A stretch of 63,793 nt of DNA, the filler included, from Octopus bimaculoides (lineage: Eukaryota), in the NCBI RefSeq assembly GCF_001194135.2. It is 7 parts of 6 records of this genome, joined end to end, with 100 filler letters (N's around TTAATTAATTAA, not from the genome) between each part and the next. Parts side by side here need not be neighbours in the genome. Positions count along the whole stretch, not along the records: positions 13,607 to 39,014 come from NC_068983.1; 6 more parts are not named here. One strand, given 5' to 3'. The position numbers and the translations under genes are program-made. Every line of letters starts with the position of its first letter. Within the stretch, counting starts at the first letter, position 1. Shown here piece after piece: positions 21,929-35,777 of the stretch. The notes under the pieces are model-generated. The model did not search any database. It saw nothing but the letters and a program-made list of their open reading frames with translations, and had not been told where the DNA came from.

Positions 21929-23170
21929 CAGGAGTGGCTGTGTGGTAAGTAGCTTGCTTACCAACCACATAGTTCTGGGTTCAGTCCCACTACATGGCAC
22001 CTTGGGCAAGTATCTTCTACTATAGCCTTGGACTTGTGAGTGGATTTGGTAGATGGAAACTAAAAAGAAGCCTGTCATCTCATCTCATCATCATTGTTTA
22101 ACGTCTGCTTTCCATGTTAGCATGGGTTGGACGATTTGACTGAGGACTGGCAAACCAAATGGCTGCACCAGGCTGCAATCTGATCTGGCAGAGTTTCTAC
22201 AGCTGGATGCCCTTCCTAACGCCAACCACTCCAAGAGTGTAGTGGATGCTATTACTTGCCACCGGCATGAGGGCCAGTCAGGTGGTACTGGCAACGGCCA
22301 CACTCAAGTGGTGTTTTTTACATGCCACCTGCACAGGAGCCAGTCCAGCAGCACTGGCAACAACCTCGCTCAAATGTTTTTTCATGTGCCAGTAAGGTGG
22401 CACTGGTAACAAACATGTTCGAATGGTGCTTTTTGCGTGCTACTGGCACGGAAGCCAGTCTGCTGCTCTGGCAGCGATCACGCTCGGATGGTGCTCTTAG
22501 CGCCCCACTGGCACGGGTGCCAGTCATCGAATTTGCGTATTTGATTTGATCTCGATTTCACTTGCCTCAACAGGTCTTCGCAAGCAGAGTTTAATGTCCA
22601 ATGAAGGAAAGGTACACCTAAGTGGGCTGGTTACACCCCTGGCATAGTTCATGTGTTATGGTCTCACTTGGCTTGCCCGGTCTTCTCAAGCACACCATAT
22701 TTCCAAAGGTCTCGGTCACTAGTCATTGCCTCGGTGAGGCCTAATATTCGAAGGTCATTCTTCACCACCTCATCTCAGGTCTTCCTGAGTCCACCTCTTC
22801 CACAGGTTCCCTCAACCGCTAGGGTATGGCACTTTTTCACACAGCTATCCTCATCCATTCTCGCCACATGACCATACCTGCACATTTGTCTCTCTTGCAC
22901 ACCACATCTGATGCTCCTTAGGTCCAACTTTTCTCTCAAGGTACTTATGTTTGTATGTGCATGTATATGTTTGTTTGTCTGTGTTTGTCCCCCCAACATC
23001 ACTTGACAACCGATGGTAGTGTGTTTACGTCCCTGTAACTTAGCAGTTCGGCAAAAGAGACTGATAGAATAAGTACTAGGCCTACAAAGAATAAATCCTG
23101 GGGGCGATTTGCTTGACTAAAGGTGATACTCCAGCATGGCCACAGTCAAATGACTGAAACAAGTAAAAGA
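21929..23170 (+). mobile_element. SINE family A (21929-22078 plus 22965-23170) interrupted by an antisense RTE 3' fragment
   Basis: Both SINE halves flank the RTE copy at the central microsatellite position. Confidence 0.8.
22085..22949 (-). mobile_element. RTE LINE 3' fragment
   Basis: Minus-strand peptide LREKLDLRSIRCGVQERQMCRYGHVARMDEDSCVKKCHTLAVEGTCGRG, followed by the 3' UTR and (GAT)n tail. Confidence 0.88.
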
Positions 23171-23277
23171 AAATTAAAGAAAAGAATATATATTCTTCAG
23201 CTACAAGCTTGCAAGATTGTTCTATATTCCATTAGAATTCATTTCATATACTCGTGTGTGTGTGAGAGAGAGAGAGA

Positions 23278-23340
<63 letters not shown>

Positions 23341-24310
23341 GGAAAACTGTTTCATACAATAATAGAACAACCATCATGAACTTGCTCTATTTTGACTATA
23401 TGACAATAGGAAAGCAATATAATCATTATCTAAGTATAACAAGAGTAATCATAATTTGCATAGAATGAAAATTTATTTACATGTTTAAAGCATATTTAAA
23501 CCTGTTCCAAAGCAAAAAACTGCATATATAACCCAAATTTTCAGCAACTGGTATTGCAGTTGTTAGCTTTTCATGGCAGTGATACAAACTTGTCCCGTGT
23601 GTATTGTCAGAGAGAAAGACTGCAGCTATTAATAAACTAACTGAACAGGACATTTGCTAGTCTAAAACTGGCAACCAGTCAGCTTTGTTTTGAGTTTATT
23701 TTTCTCATGCTGGCAAGGGTTAAATGGGTCGTTATGGTCTGCATCACCTTGCATACACAACAACAGAGAAAAACCATCTAATTTTGGTATAGTGTTTGGC
23801 TGACAGTGTAATCCAAATGCATATTATCCTGACACCCACACAACAGTGGTTGTTCTAGGTAAGGAGGACTGAATGGTCTACTTTGCTCTAGAGGTACTGT
23901 GCTCGTAAATGAGTACCTCGAGGTGCAACTTGTGAAATTCTCCTTCAATTATATTTTCTATTTTAGGCATGTTTTCTATGGCGAGATGTCCTTTCTTATC
24001 ATCAACTATTCTACAGAATGTACTTGGTGTATTCTATTGGTACTAGAAATGTTGTGCCATATGAGGGGGGGGGAGGGGGGCTAAAAATTACCCACTACTC
24101 TATATCAGTTCACCTTCAGAGTTATTGTCCTCCTGGACAGCAAGCCAGAGATGTAGCACATGGAGCCCACACCTGTCACTATACAGAAAGAGGAGGACCT
24201 TAACAGCCAAATAGTGGAAGCATATGATGGTGGTTTGATGCAGCTTAGAATAAAGGTTGCCTCCATTATGTGGGCAGGGGTAGCAAAAGAAGGGTTGTAA
24301 AGGTATCTTA

Positions 24311-25053
24311 GTGTGCATACTCGACAGAGTGTAAGTGCCTTGAGAGAAAAGTTGGACCTAAGAAGCATCAGATGTGGTGTGCAAGGGAGACAACTGCACT
24401 GGTATGTTCAAGTGGTGAGAATGGATGAGGATAGATGTGTGAAAAAGTGCCACACCCTAGCGGTTGAGGGAACCAGTGGAAGAGGTAGACCCAGGAAGAC
24501 CTGGGATGAGGTGGTGAAGCACGATCTTCGAACATTAGGCCTCACTGAGGCAATGACTAGTGATCTAGACCTTTGGAAATAAGCTGTGCTTGAGAAGACA
24601 CAGCAAGCCAGGGGTGTAACCAGCCCATTTATGTGTACCTTTCCTTCATTGGACACTAAACTCTGCTTGCGAAGACCTGTTGAGGCAAGTGAAATTGAAA
24701 TCAATTCAATAACAGCACCACATGACTGGCATCCGTGCTAGTGGAGCGCTAAGAGCACCATCTGAGTGTGATTGTTGCTAGGGCTGCTGACTGGCTTTCA
24801 TGCCTGTGGCACGTAAAAAGCCCCATTCAAGAGTGATCATTATCAGCGTCGCCTTACTGACATTTGTGCCAGTGGCACGTAAAAGCACCCACTACACTCT
24901 CAGAGTGGTTGGCATTAGGAAGGGCATCCAGCTGTAGAAACTCTGCCAGATCAGATTGGAGCCTGGTGCAGCCATCTGGCTTGCCAGTCCTCAGTCAAAT
25001 CGTCCAACCCATGCCAGCATGGAAAGCGGATGTTAAACAATAATGATGATGAT
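24311..25053 (+). mobile_element. RTE LINE 3' fragment
   Basis: ORF 24313-24582 (...RGRPRKTWDEVVKHDLRTLGLTEAMTSD), followed by the 3' UTR and gatgatgat tail. Confidence 0.88.
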
Positions 25054-25264
25054 ATAACAAATAACAGAATATAATCACTTAATAGGAATTCTGCTGCATT
25101 CATGTTTTGTTTTTAATTATTTTAAAAGCATGGTTGAGTGGGTATCTTCTGAGCAGTCAGAAGTGAGGGTATCTTATGGGTAGTTACAAACATGGTTACC
25201 TTCTGGGAAATTAGAAGTGTGGGTATCCCTATTGGTGGTGGTGGTGGTAGTGGGGCATATCAAG

Positions 25265-26545
25265 ATTTCCTGAAGGAACATTTTTTTATCTCTTTGAGTT
25301 AGAAAGGAAGAGTGGAATGTATCTTCAAACCAGAGAAAGAAACCTTTTGTAACCAACAAAGGTAACAGCTTCTGAATTTTCCTCCATCCTGTTCTTATTC
25401 TAGCTATTACACTCTCCATGCATCCTCCCCAACTACAAATTTGATCCCCTAAGTAGCAGAAATTATCTTCTACCTCTAATGAGCCACCAGGGAATTTGAG
25501 CAAATGAATTTCCAGAGTCTCTATAACCTTTATGGATCCTGTGTATCTTCCACATATGAACACTACCTTTTCTGATAATCTTCCAATTAATCCACTGCAT
25601 CTCTTGTGTATCCATAGCTTATACTGGGTACACTATATGGAATTCCTGCCTACACCTTTCCTACAAATTGAGCAAGGCCACCAACCTGAAGGGTGTAGGA
25701 TCCTGTCAGTTTTCTTGCTCATTAGGACTTTAGTCTTTGCTAAGTTAACCTTAAGGCCCTTAAATTCCAGGTTTTGCTTCCATACCTGGAATTCCTCTTC
25801 TAACTCTGATATGGAATCTGTTATGAGGGCAAGCTCATCAGCATATAGTCTTGAATTCCTTTGTTATGGCCTGGAGGACAATGATGAAATGGAGGGGACT
25901 AAGGAGTGAGCCTTGATGAATCTCTACTTGTACATCAAATCCTTCACAGTAGTTGTGTTTAACTCACCTTACTGACAGTGTCTTTGTATATGGCCTGTAC
26001 GGCTTTCACTTTTCTATTCCCAGCCTCCACAGTGCCCACCGTATCACACAGAAGGGTACTCTATTGAAGGCTTTCTCTAGATCAACGAAAGCCAAATATA
26101 ATGGTTTATTCTTAGCTGAGTACTTCTCTTGAAGTTGCCTGACTATGAAAATAGTGTTGGTAGTGTTTCTTGCATAGACGAAATCGAACTGCATTTCGTC
26201 AAGCCTAATTCTGTTCCAAATTAATTGGACCATAATTCTTTCTGTAATTTTCATCACCTAATCCAAGAGTTTGATGTCTCTATAGTTGCTTCATTCTAAA
26301 GCATCACCCTTACCCTTGTAGCAGCTAACAATAATGCTGCTATGCTAAGCCTGAATGACCTGATTAACTATGCGGGTGACTAGCACGTTCCCTACCTTAT
26401 CAGATATCTTGAGCATCTTCGCCATGATTCTGGATGGACCAGGAACTTTCTCAGCTTTCATGTTTTTAAATGCCTTATCTACCATATTGCTATCCACTAG
26501 GATAGCTGGTCCCTCTGTTGGGTTCACATGAGGGAGACTTCTTTG
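25265..26545 (-). mobile_element. Older degenerate RTE LINE RT fragment
   Basis: Broken ORFs 26345-26551, 26006-26257 (MQFDF...LQEKY..KNKPLYLAFVDLEKAFNRVP) and 25174-25563 (LEVEDNFCYLGDQI...RIRTGWRK). Confidence 0.85.
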
Positions 26546-26658
26546 TCCCATTCATTCTCTACATTCAACAGTCTCACATAGTAACTTTTCCACGCCTCTC
26601 TCTCATCCCCATGTACAAGAATACCATTATCCATCCACACACTTCTCTCCTACACACA

Positions 26659-26700
<42 letters not shown>

Positions 26701-27214
26701 TGATGATGATGATGTAAACCTTGCTTAGCTTCCCTTTCTCTCCCATCCTTAAAATCTTCCTCTGTTAAATAATTTCCATCAATAATTTTGAATTGTTTTC
26801 TTTCAGTTATAAAAACCAAATGAAAACAACAAAACAATATGGCTGCTATGGCTGCACAAAGCCTTGGGACCATATTGAAAATGAGATGATACAATAGCAA
26901 CCCACACATTATGCACCAAAACTAAAATTTATAATGGAAAACATTAACTTGCTGATACACACACATGTATATACATTCATACATACATTTGTAGAACATA
27001 AAAGCATGCATACATACATGCATACAAAAAATATCCATCCTATCAAATAATTTTAGATTATTTCCTTTTGCTTGTGAAGCCAACCAAAGAAACATGGCTA
27101 CTTTAAGCCAACCATCGTAATACATAACAGAAATTGAAACAGAAAACAAATGAAATAATATTGAAGAAATAAGAGAAATACTTCTAACCAAGAAATATTT
27201 ACAACCCTATTAAT

Positions 27215-27405
27215 AAGGGTTTGGTTTCAAATTTTGGCACAACGCCAATAATTTTAGTCGGAGGGGTGGGATTGATTACATTGACTTCAACACTTGACTG
27301 GTACTTATTTTATCAAACCCAAAGGGATGAAAGATAAAGTTAACCTTGATGAGTTTTAAACTTGGAATGTAAATAACTAGAAAAAATGATACAAAGCATT
27401 TTGTC
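27215..27405 (-). mobile_element. Decayed SINE family B copy
   Basis: Reverse complement of the family B core (tggtacttattttatc.aacccaaagggatgaaag). Confidence 0.6.
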
Positions 27406-27739
27406 CATCAAGACAATGTTCCAGTACACAAGTCCTTGGTTTCAATGGTTGCTGTGCATGACTGTGGCTTTGAACTGGTTGAACACCCTCCCTATTCTCT
27501 TGATTTGGCTTCATCTGAAAAAAACACTTGACTGGAAGGATGACATCATATCTGCTGCTGATGACATTTTTTGACCAACAAGACGAGAGGTGCCTTCACC
27601 AATGGGATGCAAGCACTGCAACACTGATGGAAGAAGTGTGTGGATTGCAAGGGGGATTATGATGAAAAATAAACCTCATTTGGTCACATTCTATGAGAGT
27701 ATCTTGGTTAGCCTATAAACTTTTCAGTCAGCCCTCATA
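27406..27739 (+). mobile_element. mariner transposon 3' end (transposase C-terminus plus right TIR)
   Basis: HQDNVPVHKS...GFELVEHPPYSLDLASS (HQDNAPAH and YSPDLAP motifs) and, after frameshifts, WKKCVDCKGDYDEK*. The element ends ttttcagtcagccctcaTA, the reverse of a TACGAGGG-type TIR. Confidence 0.85.
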
Positions 27740-28305
27740 CTAATCATTATGTGAGCTTGCCACCACTCACTGATGTCTCATACTTAACATTCCTCTCCAG
27801 TTTCTAAAATGCTTTATTCAGTGCCATCTTCAAATTACCAAAGTCCTAAATCGCCAGGCAGTATGTTCAAAAATAAAAAAATTCAAAATCATTTCACACT
27901 TGCATGACACATAACACCAAGCCACCATTCAATTTGAAACTATTGTATAATTAAGAAGCTCACTTTTCAAGCATGTAGTCTCAGGTTCCGTACCATTGCA
28001 TAGCACCTTGGGCATGTACCCTCTACTATAACCCTGTGCCTACCAATACCTTGTGAGTGGAATTAGTAGATGGAAACTGTATGGAAGCCTGTCATATATA
28101 TATATAGATGATACACACACACACACATATATACATATACATGTACATATACATATACATGTGTATAATCAAAATAAGCAATAAGGATGTCCACCAGTAA
28201 TGCTTAGTTTGATTTTAACCACCTTATTTTGAAATTGTATGGATAATACTGTACTAAATTCTGGTGCCTCAACTTAAGTACCTAATTCATCTCAATCTAA
28301 ATGTT

Positions 28306-28350
<45 letters not shown>

Positions 28351-28559
28351 CTGATGATCCCATATTTCTAAAAAGCACTGGTGAAGGCATCACATAAAAG
28401 CACCTGTACACTTTGTAAAGTGATTGGTGTTAGAAGGGTATACACTGAAAGAAACCAAGTGAATGTCAGGTGATATAAAAGCCATGGGTGTTTTCATGTG
28501 CCATTGACTGGCTAGGCAGAAATTGTGGCTAGTTAGGCAGAATTGGCACTCTGCTATTA

Positions 28560-28710
28560 TCTTTTGCAGTAGTCGTAACCTTACTCATCCCAGGATCTCC
28601 CTTTTTGTGGCACGATCCTACCATTTGATCCTCAGGATCTTTGTGAAGCATCTTTGATCGAATACATTCAGTTTTCTATCCACCCTTACCGTGTTCTTCC
28701 AAGTTACATT
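28560..28710 (-). mobile_element. Short decayed RTE LINE fragment
   Basis: Minus-strand peptide TWKNTVRVDRKLNVFDQRCFTKILRIKW*DRATKREIL. Confidence 0.6.
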
Positions 28711-29233
28711 GGCAAAGATTGAGCATATATGTATATATATCTATGTGTGTGTTTGTATCTTTATGTTTGTCTCCTCAACCCTGGTTGACAACTGGTAACT
28801 TAGTGGTTTGGCAAAAAATACTGATAGAATAAGTACCAGGTTTTAAAATAAGTATTGGAGTCAATTTCTTTGACTGAACCCTGCAAGGTAATGCTCGAGC
28901 CTGGCTGCATTTCAATGACTGGTAAAAGATAAAAGATAAATTATTCAATAGAAACCAACAGAAGGGAGGAAAAGGAGGGGAGTTTAGTTGGAAAATAAGG
29001 CTTACTTGAACAGAGTGACCAAACTTTACTTAATTCAGTATATAACACAGTAAATCAGTTTATTTAATGGAGCTGTGGAAGCCTGTCATATGGATACCCT
29101 TTCTAACACCAAGCACTTTACAGAGTGTACTGGGTGCTTATTTTATGTGGCACCTTAACCAGTGCTTTTTAGAAACATGGAACCATCAACCTATATATAT
29201 ATATATATATATATATCTACATATATATATATA

Positions 29234-29420
29234 TCGGCATTCGCCATGATAGATCGCTGACCACTACATTTATATTTTTTTTCTCCTTGTTTCTTTCTGT
29301 GTTCCTTTCAGTTGAAGAGCGTAGGGTCGAAACGTCAAAGACTTTCTCTATTCCCGAGCGTTAAACTTTTGTTGTTTACACCACCTGTCTTCGTCTGTTG
29401 TTTTTTTCATAAATTCTCCC
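29234..29420 (+). mobile_element. Short interspersed repeat with a hammerhead-like motif at 29304-29341
   Basis: CCUUU CAGUUGA A GAGC-GUAG-GGUC GAA ACGU C AAAG; homologous to the 12580 and 37652 copies. Confidence 0.6.
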
Positions 29421-29487
29421 ATATATACATATCTCATCAGTATATATATATATATATCTCATCAGTGTATATATATATATCTCATCA

Positions 29488-29531
<44 letters not shown>

Positions 29532-29761
29532 CACGGTTCCACTGTTGCCCATCATTAAACTTCTAAACTAATAACTGCCATGAAAAGAGACAAGAGAAAA
29601 AAAAAATTGCATAAACTTACCCGCACAGGTTTGAGCCATGTATCACAATTTGGGTTGTCACAAGACATTTTCAAATCATCTGAAAATAACAAGAGTTTTG
29701 TTCGATTAGAAGGAGTCCTCATTTAATGGAGTTTTATTTAATGTCATTTCATTATATAGCT

Positions 29762-30232
29762 GATCATCGTCATCATCGTCATCATCATCATTTAGCATCC
29801 ATTGCCCATGCTGGCATGGGTTGAATGATTTGATCAGGGCTGGCAAGCTGGAAGGCTGCACCAGACCCCAGTCTGATTTGGCATGGTTTCTACAGCTGGA
29901 TGCCCTTCCTAACACCAACCACTTCATGGGTGTAATGGGTGCTTTTACATTCCACTGGCACAGGTGCTATTTGCATGACACCAGTATCTGCTATGACTGC
30001 AATTTTACTTGGCTTGATGGGTTTTCTTCTCAAGCATGACATAATGCCAAAGGTCTCAGTCATTGCCTCTGTGAGGCCCAACACTCGAAAGGAGCTTTTC
30101 ATGTGCCACCAGAATCAGCCTCTTTTCCTCTGTGAGGCCCAACACTTGAAAGGTGCTTTTTACATGCCTGTTACATGACACCAGCATCAGCCACGGCTAC
30201 AATTTCACTTGGCTTGATGGGTCTTCTGAAGT
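29762..30232 (-). mobile_element. RTE LINE 3' UTR fragment with internal sub-repeats
   Basis: (CAT)n tail, tttctacagctggatgcccttcctaac, and duplicated gcctctgtgaggcccaacact blocks. Confidence 0.75.
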
Positions 30233-31984
30233 ACAGTGAAATTATATAAAAATACTGTAAAATCAAAATTTGCAAAGTACACCCCACAAACTGATTCTTT
30301 TTATTTCTTTCTTTTGTAACTTGGTGTGTTTTTGATTCAGTAAAAAAATGAATAAATAATGATAGCTATATCTAGTCACTGAATTATTTTTTATTTCATA
30401 AATGTCATCCAAGATATGATCTTTATGTTTATTATGTACTTGATAGAGATCTAACTTTTAAGGTTTTGCAATACTTTGAAATATAAAATAAACAATGAAA
30501 ACTAAAGCATGATATTGTATTTAAAAGATACCGATCAAGATACTTCTACAGCAGGGTTTCTTTGATCTTAAATGCACTCAGCATAAAATGCTTTATTTTT
30601 GATTTTCCAGTAACTCATTTAATACCTTTAGACAAGGTATTAAATGAAAATTATAATAAATTGGGACAAATCAAATGGAGAGAGGCAAGTGTAAAAATTA
30701 AAAATGGTGTGGCTAGGCAGCAAAATACTAAAAAGTTGGCCAAATTAAAAAAAACAAGCCATCATCATCTTCACCACCACCACTGCCACCACCTTCATCA
30801 TCACCATCATCAGCAACATTGTCATCATCACCATCACCACTACCACCATCACCATCACCACCAACATTATCATTATTCAAAGTGCATGCCATGGGTCGGA
30901 CAGTTCAACAGAATCCACTGGGTCTGAAAACTGCATTGTGCTCCAGCGTCTGCTTTGGTATGGTTTCTACAGCTGAATCCAGCCACTTTACAGCAAGTAC
31001 CGAGTGCTTTTGTTCATGGCATCATCGCTTGTGAGGTCACCATGCAGACAGCAAAACTAAAATCTCCTGAAACAAGCTACAGCAGAGAGGGAGGCAGCTT
31101 TATGCTATGAGATGAGGGTTTAAAATGAGAGAGAAGGGGACAGGTTTGTTACTGCAGAGTGGCTACATGCCTATTCGCCAGGCACATGCCATCAGTAATT
31201 ACTCAGGGTAGGCAGTTGGTGACATTTATGTAGTAAAACACAAAAAATAAGTGAAACAACCACGTGACTAAGTTGAAGGTAGATTCACTTCTGCCTTTAT
31301 AGCATGTAAAGAAAACGTTGTAGGAATGTACACGGCACGTGTACTACAGTAGTATTATGTGTGGTTTAAATACTGAGATTGAAAAGCAGGGGTGAATTAT
31401 GCCTACCTAATCTACAAAAAAGTAAAATATTTTGCATTTTATGCATAGCAATCAGAGTAACCTTCATAGTTTTATTGAATTAGGTGCACATTTTGCTATA
31501 AAAGGAAAATGTTGCTATTGATCTATTTTATTCAAGGCAGGCAATGCCTACCATGCCTAGCTAGGTGGCATGGCCTTGTTATTCATATAATAAAAGAAAA
31601 GGTGGAAGAGGACATTGGAATTGGAAAGAGATAAAAGTAGTGGTGATGAGGTGTCAGGAGGGACTTTCAAGATATGAGATAAGTGGAAGTGACTGGAGAC
31701 AGGAGAACAGGAAACATTGATTGGTAGAGGTTGATTGGTTAGAGATAGGGAATGAGTAAGAGGATGAATATTATGAACAAATATAGGGAAGGTAGGGATA
31801 AGTAAGGGTGATAAAGAAGAGTGACAACTGTAGAAACTGGGTAGGGTTGAGGAGTTGGCGATAATACATGTGCTGTGGGAGGTAGGGGGTAGAAAACACT
31901 CTTTACAATATTTGCTTTGTAAATATTACTCGATTTATTCCCATTGCAATCGTGACTAAATGTACACTACGCTACTGTTGTCTG

Positions 31985-32315
31985 TGTGCACCAAAACCAA
32001 AACCAAAACAGCAAAAGTGCACCATCAGAAACTAAATTCAAAATGTTAAAGAGATTTGATGATGGATAGCAAGGTGTAAGGTACCTAAAAGATTCTCAAT
32101 CTTCAATCAGCAACAGCATGAACAATTTACAATAAGGCAAAAAAAAAGTTTATGCTCAAAGTATATCTTTAGCTGCTAGAAAATTAATTCAAGAACAGAA
32201 CCAACATAATGGAAGGTATGGAAAGACTTCAGAGAATATGGATATACATATCATTCATCAGCACAAGTCTACATGTTTATTAAATGTTATACAAATGAAA
32301 GCTTTAACGATAACA
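31985..32315 (+). mobile_element. Decayed Tigger/pogo transposase 5' fragment (CENP-B-type HTH)
   Basis: Broken frames read SETKFKMLKRFDDG*...SQSSISN and MEGMERLQRIWI...LNVIQMKALTI, matching the Tigger N-terminal layout (LETKLKIIKRFE...MERLLSIWI...IQEKAL). Confidence 0.55.
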
Positions 32316-32584
32316 ACAGTCACCTCACACTGTGTCCGATAAATCCTCATGTTCTAGCTGAATAACTAGTCACATTCATCTCACTCATCTGGGAAGGGGA
32401 TGCAGAGGTCATTGAGTGATGTCTCTTTTTTATCTAATGAAATGATTGTCTTTAAATTTTAGCACAAGGACAACAATTTTCAATTGCTTTGAACCCAGTG
32501 CTCAAATGGTACTTATTTTATTTCACCCTGAAAGGATGAAAGGTTAAAGTTAACTTCAGCAGTATTTCTTAAGGGATTTCGATG

Positions 32585-33082
32585 TGGAAGCCATTGATGA
32601 TGAAAGGAAGGGTCTATATGAGTTACATGAGACCTGCAATGCTGTATGAGAGTGAGACATGGTGTCTGAGATAGAGAGAGAGATGGAAATTTTGAGAAGG
32701 ACTGAGAGAGCAATGGTGAGAGAAATGTGTGGTGTAAAGTTGTTTGATAAGAGGAGGACTGAGGACTTGATGGGGATGCTGGGGTTGGAGGAGTCAGTGG
32801 AATGGCTGGCAAGAGTGAATGGAGTGTGGTGGTATGGGCATGTGTTGAGGAGGGATGAGGAGCATGTTCTGAGGAGGGTGCTTGAGTTTGAGGTAAATGG
32901 ACCAAGAAAGCAAAGTAGACCGAGGGACAGGTGGAGGGGAAGATTGGGAAGGTTGGCTTGAGAAGGGAGGACGCCCAAAACAGGGCAAGATGGCGAGATG
33001 GTGTGAAGGCAGTCGCTCTGGCATTGAGGTAGATCTGACCACTCCTGTAATTGGGGACAAAACCCGGATTTAAAACACTAGA
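32585..33082 (+). mobile_element. RTE LINE 3' fragment (second, distinct subfamily)
   Basis: ORF 32659-32961: REMEILRRTERAMVREMCGVKL...WWYGHVLRRDEEHVLRRVLEFEVNGPRK. Confidence 0.85.
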
Positions 33083-33594
33083 TGGGTGATGACTAGCTAT
33101 ATCACAAATGCTAGTGGAAAGTTGAGAGCAAAAGAATAAGAGAAAACAACCACAATGTATTTTATGTAGAGTAAAATCTATCCAAGCTACATTGCAGACG
33201 TCTTGAGTAACAGAGAGCCAATGTAAGCTATTAATCAGATTGTTGAGATGTGCTATCTCAACAATCTCCTGATTTAACTTTTTTATAACAGAAAGCAGAT
33301 ATATCCACTTAAAATTTCATTACTCTTAATTGTAGAAAGTTGTTTTATGTACCAATCTATCTTTTGTTGTGGAATATCGTACTTTGAAACTATTTTGTCA
33401 GGTTTATTGAAGCAATGTGACTTGCAAAACATACCAATTCTATTTATTGGTAGATATTTAACATCATAACTGGGATGACCATGAAATTTAATTTTGCAAT
33501 TAAAGGGTTAATTAAATAAATCAAGAAGATGTAATGACATTACTTGAATCAAATTGTAGGAAGAACATGAATAGATGTAGTTTATTATTATTAA

Positions 33595-33796
33595 CAAGGT
33601 GGTGAACTGGCAGAATCATTAGCTGCTTTGCAGCGCTTTGTCTGTCTGCACACTCTGAGTTCAAATTCTGCCGAGATCGACTTTGCCTTTCATCCTTTTG
33701 GGGTCAATAAATTAGGTATCAGTTGAACACTGGGGTCAATGTAATTCATTGATCCTCTCCCGCCAAATTTCAGGCCTTGTGCCTTTAGTAGAAAGG

Positions 33797-33800
<4 letters not shown>
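33595..33800 (+). mobile_element. SINE family B copy with (ATT)n tail
   Basis: Family B head and core, followed by attattatt. Confidence 0.8.
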
Positions 33801-33829
<29 letters not shown>

Positions 33830-34021
33830 TTCATATACACTCAACAGATTAGGTTGTTTGAAAAGAAAAGAATCCTAACATCGGGCTACAACAAGTATCC
33901 TTAGATGCCAAGAACCCTTTTAAGTATCCTAGCTGTCCCTAATAACACTGTTTTCTGCAGCTGTACTAAACTGGGTTTTATGACTATTCCCTTTATCCAT
34001 CTGTTCAGATATTTAGGAACA

Positions 34022-34053
<32 letters not shown>

Positions 34054-34984
34054 ACAGAAGTTATAGAGTGACTCAAGGATTGAAAGTTTTCATACATTCA
34101 TGGAGATGGGACAGCACGATGCTGAAGAAGATAAAAGCGGGGTTGGGGAACCATTTCAAATTTTAATAACAAGTGAGGATTTGTATGAAGTGAGACTTTC
34201 CAGTTTCTAGATAAAAGTTACAGCCATTTCACCAAAGATCTGAGAGAGAGAGGGAAGGAGAGGAGATGGGGAGAGAAGAAAGAGAGGAGACAGAGGAGAG
34301 ACAGAGAGAGAGGAAAGAGAGGGGAGAAAAAGGAAAGAGAAAGATGCTCAAAAGCAAACAGTTAATAATAAGGATACAAATGCTACAAAGAATTATATGA
34401 ACAGAAAAAAAACAATAATGCAGAACATCAAACACTGGACATGTTCTTTAAGTAAATAGACATCTTATTGATTTTTATTAATATATCTTAAATGTATTTA
34501 TAGCATACACATTTCTGTTTAATATTAGAAGTGTTTTGAGTCTTTATTAAGAAGTTTATTTATGTTTTTGTGACTAGAAATATACTGTAGGTGGGCAAAT
34601 TGTGCTTATATCAGTGTATCATTGAACCTATGGTAAAATTGGATTTCCTTTACATCACACTTCTCAAGAACCAGTCAGCTGGTTCACAATATGCAGCCAT
34701 AATGGAAGCAATCAACGTTGGATAAATAGAGCCTCCATCATCAGGGTAGTAAAGGTCTTACATTTCAAATCATAATGCAAAGACGTTCAAAGGGGTGAAA
34801 TGATTAAATGTGGAGAGCTAGCAGTATAGGAGGGAAGAAGTAGAAGGGTTGGTGGGGTTATGGAAAGTGTTAACACAAGGAATGGTAAAAGGAGATAAGA
34901 GAGCTAGTTCTTCCTGAACATTTTGGTTTTTTTTCAAGCATTCACTCATTACAAGGTCCTTAGAATAAAATGGACTCTAGGTGA

Positions 34985-35345
34985 CAATGAACATTAGACT
35001 TAAAAGACTGGAGGTCATATTGAAGTGAAAAACAAGACTGCAGAAGGGAATTCCAAAGTTCAGAGGTGCGAGGGAAGAAACTGGTATTGCAAAATGCTTT
35101 ATGACATTTAGGAGGTTGCAGAGTATACTGATGAGAACTGGATACAAGTTTAGTTGATCACTGATAAGTTCTTAAAGGAGGAACCAGAGAAGAGAGCTCA
35201 GCTGGACAATGTCCATGATAATACTTATAGAAAAGAGACAAGTAAGCTACACAACGACAATGGAAGGGAAAAGAGAGTGAGTTAGAGAGTAAGATAAAGA
35301 GAGTGATAGTGAGGCTAGATTGAAACTGGTTAGTGGTTGACTGGC
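34985..35345 (-). mobile_element. CR1/L2-group (Daphne/Crack-like) LINE ORF2 C-terminal fragment
   Basis: Minus-strand peptides VAYLSLFYKYYHGHCPAELS and SFFPRTSELWNSL...YDLQSFKSNVH. Confidence 0.65.
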
Positions 35346-35777
35346 TTCATCCAATTTCTTGCTTATATTTACACTTCAAATAAACTACTTAAGGTAAACA
35401 GAAAAGAAGGATATTAGGAATTGTATTTTGAGTTTTCTGAAGCAGAAGCAGGGTTATTGATAAATAAACAATGGAACAAACAGAATTTAGGGAAATACAG
35501 CAGTAGGGGAGCAAGAGGGTCGGCATAAGTGTTGTTGTTTAGTCCCCAGGTCAGTCCTAACCGAGCAGAGCAAACACATTCCAGCCACATGACCACATGA
35601 TGTTTCTCTCATGTAGTATATATCTAGTGCTACATTGTCTAATGCATCCCTCCCTTTTTACTAGTGTGGGAATTTAATCCTCATTATCATCGCCATTTTC
35701 TCCAAGTCCCTTGAGATATTTGTTTTGCACTGAGTTGTAAACACTCACTTGAAATGCAGAGAACCAGTGACTGATCT

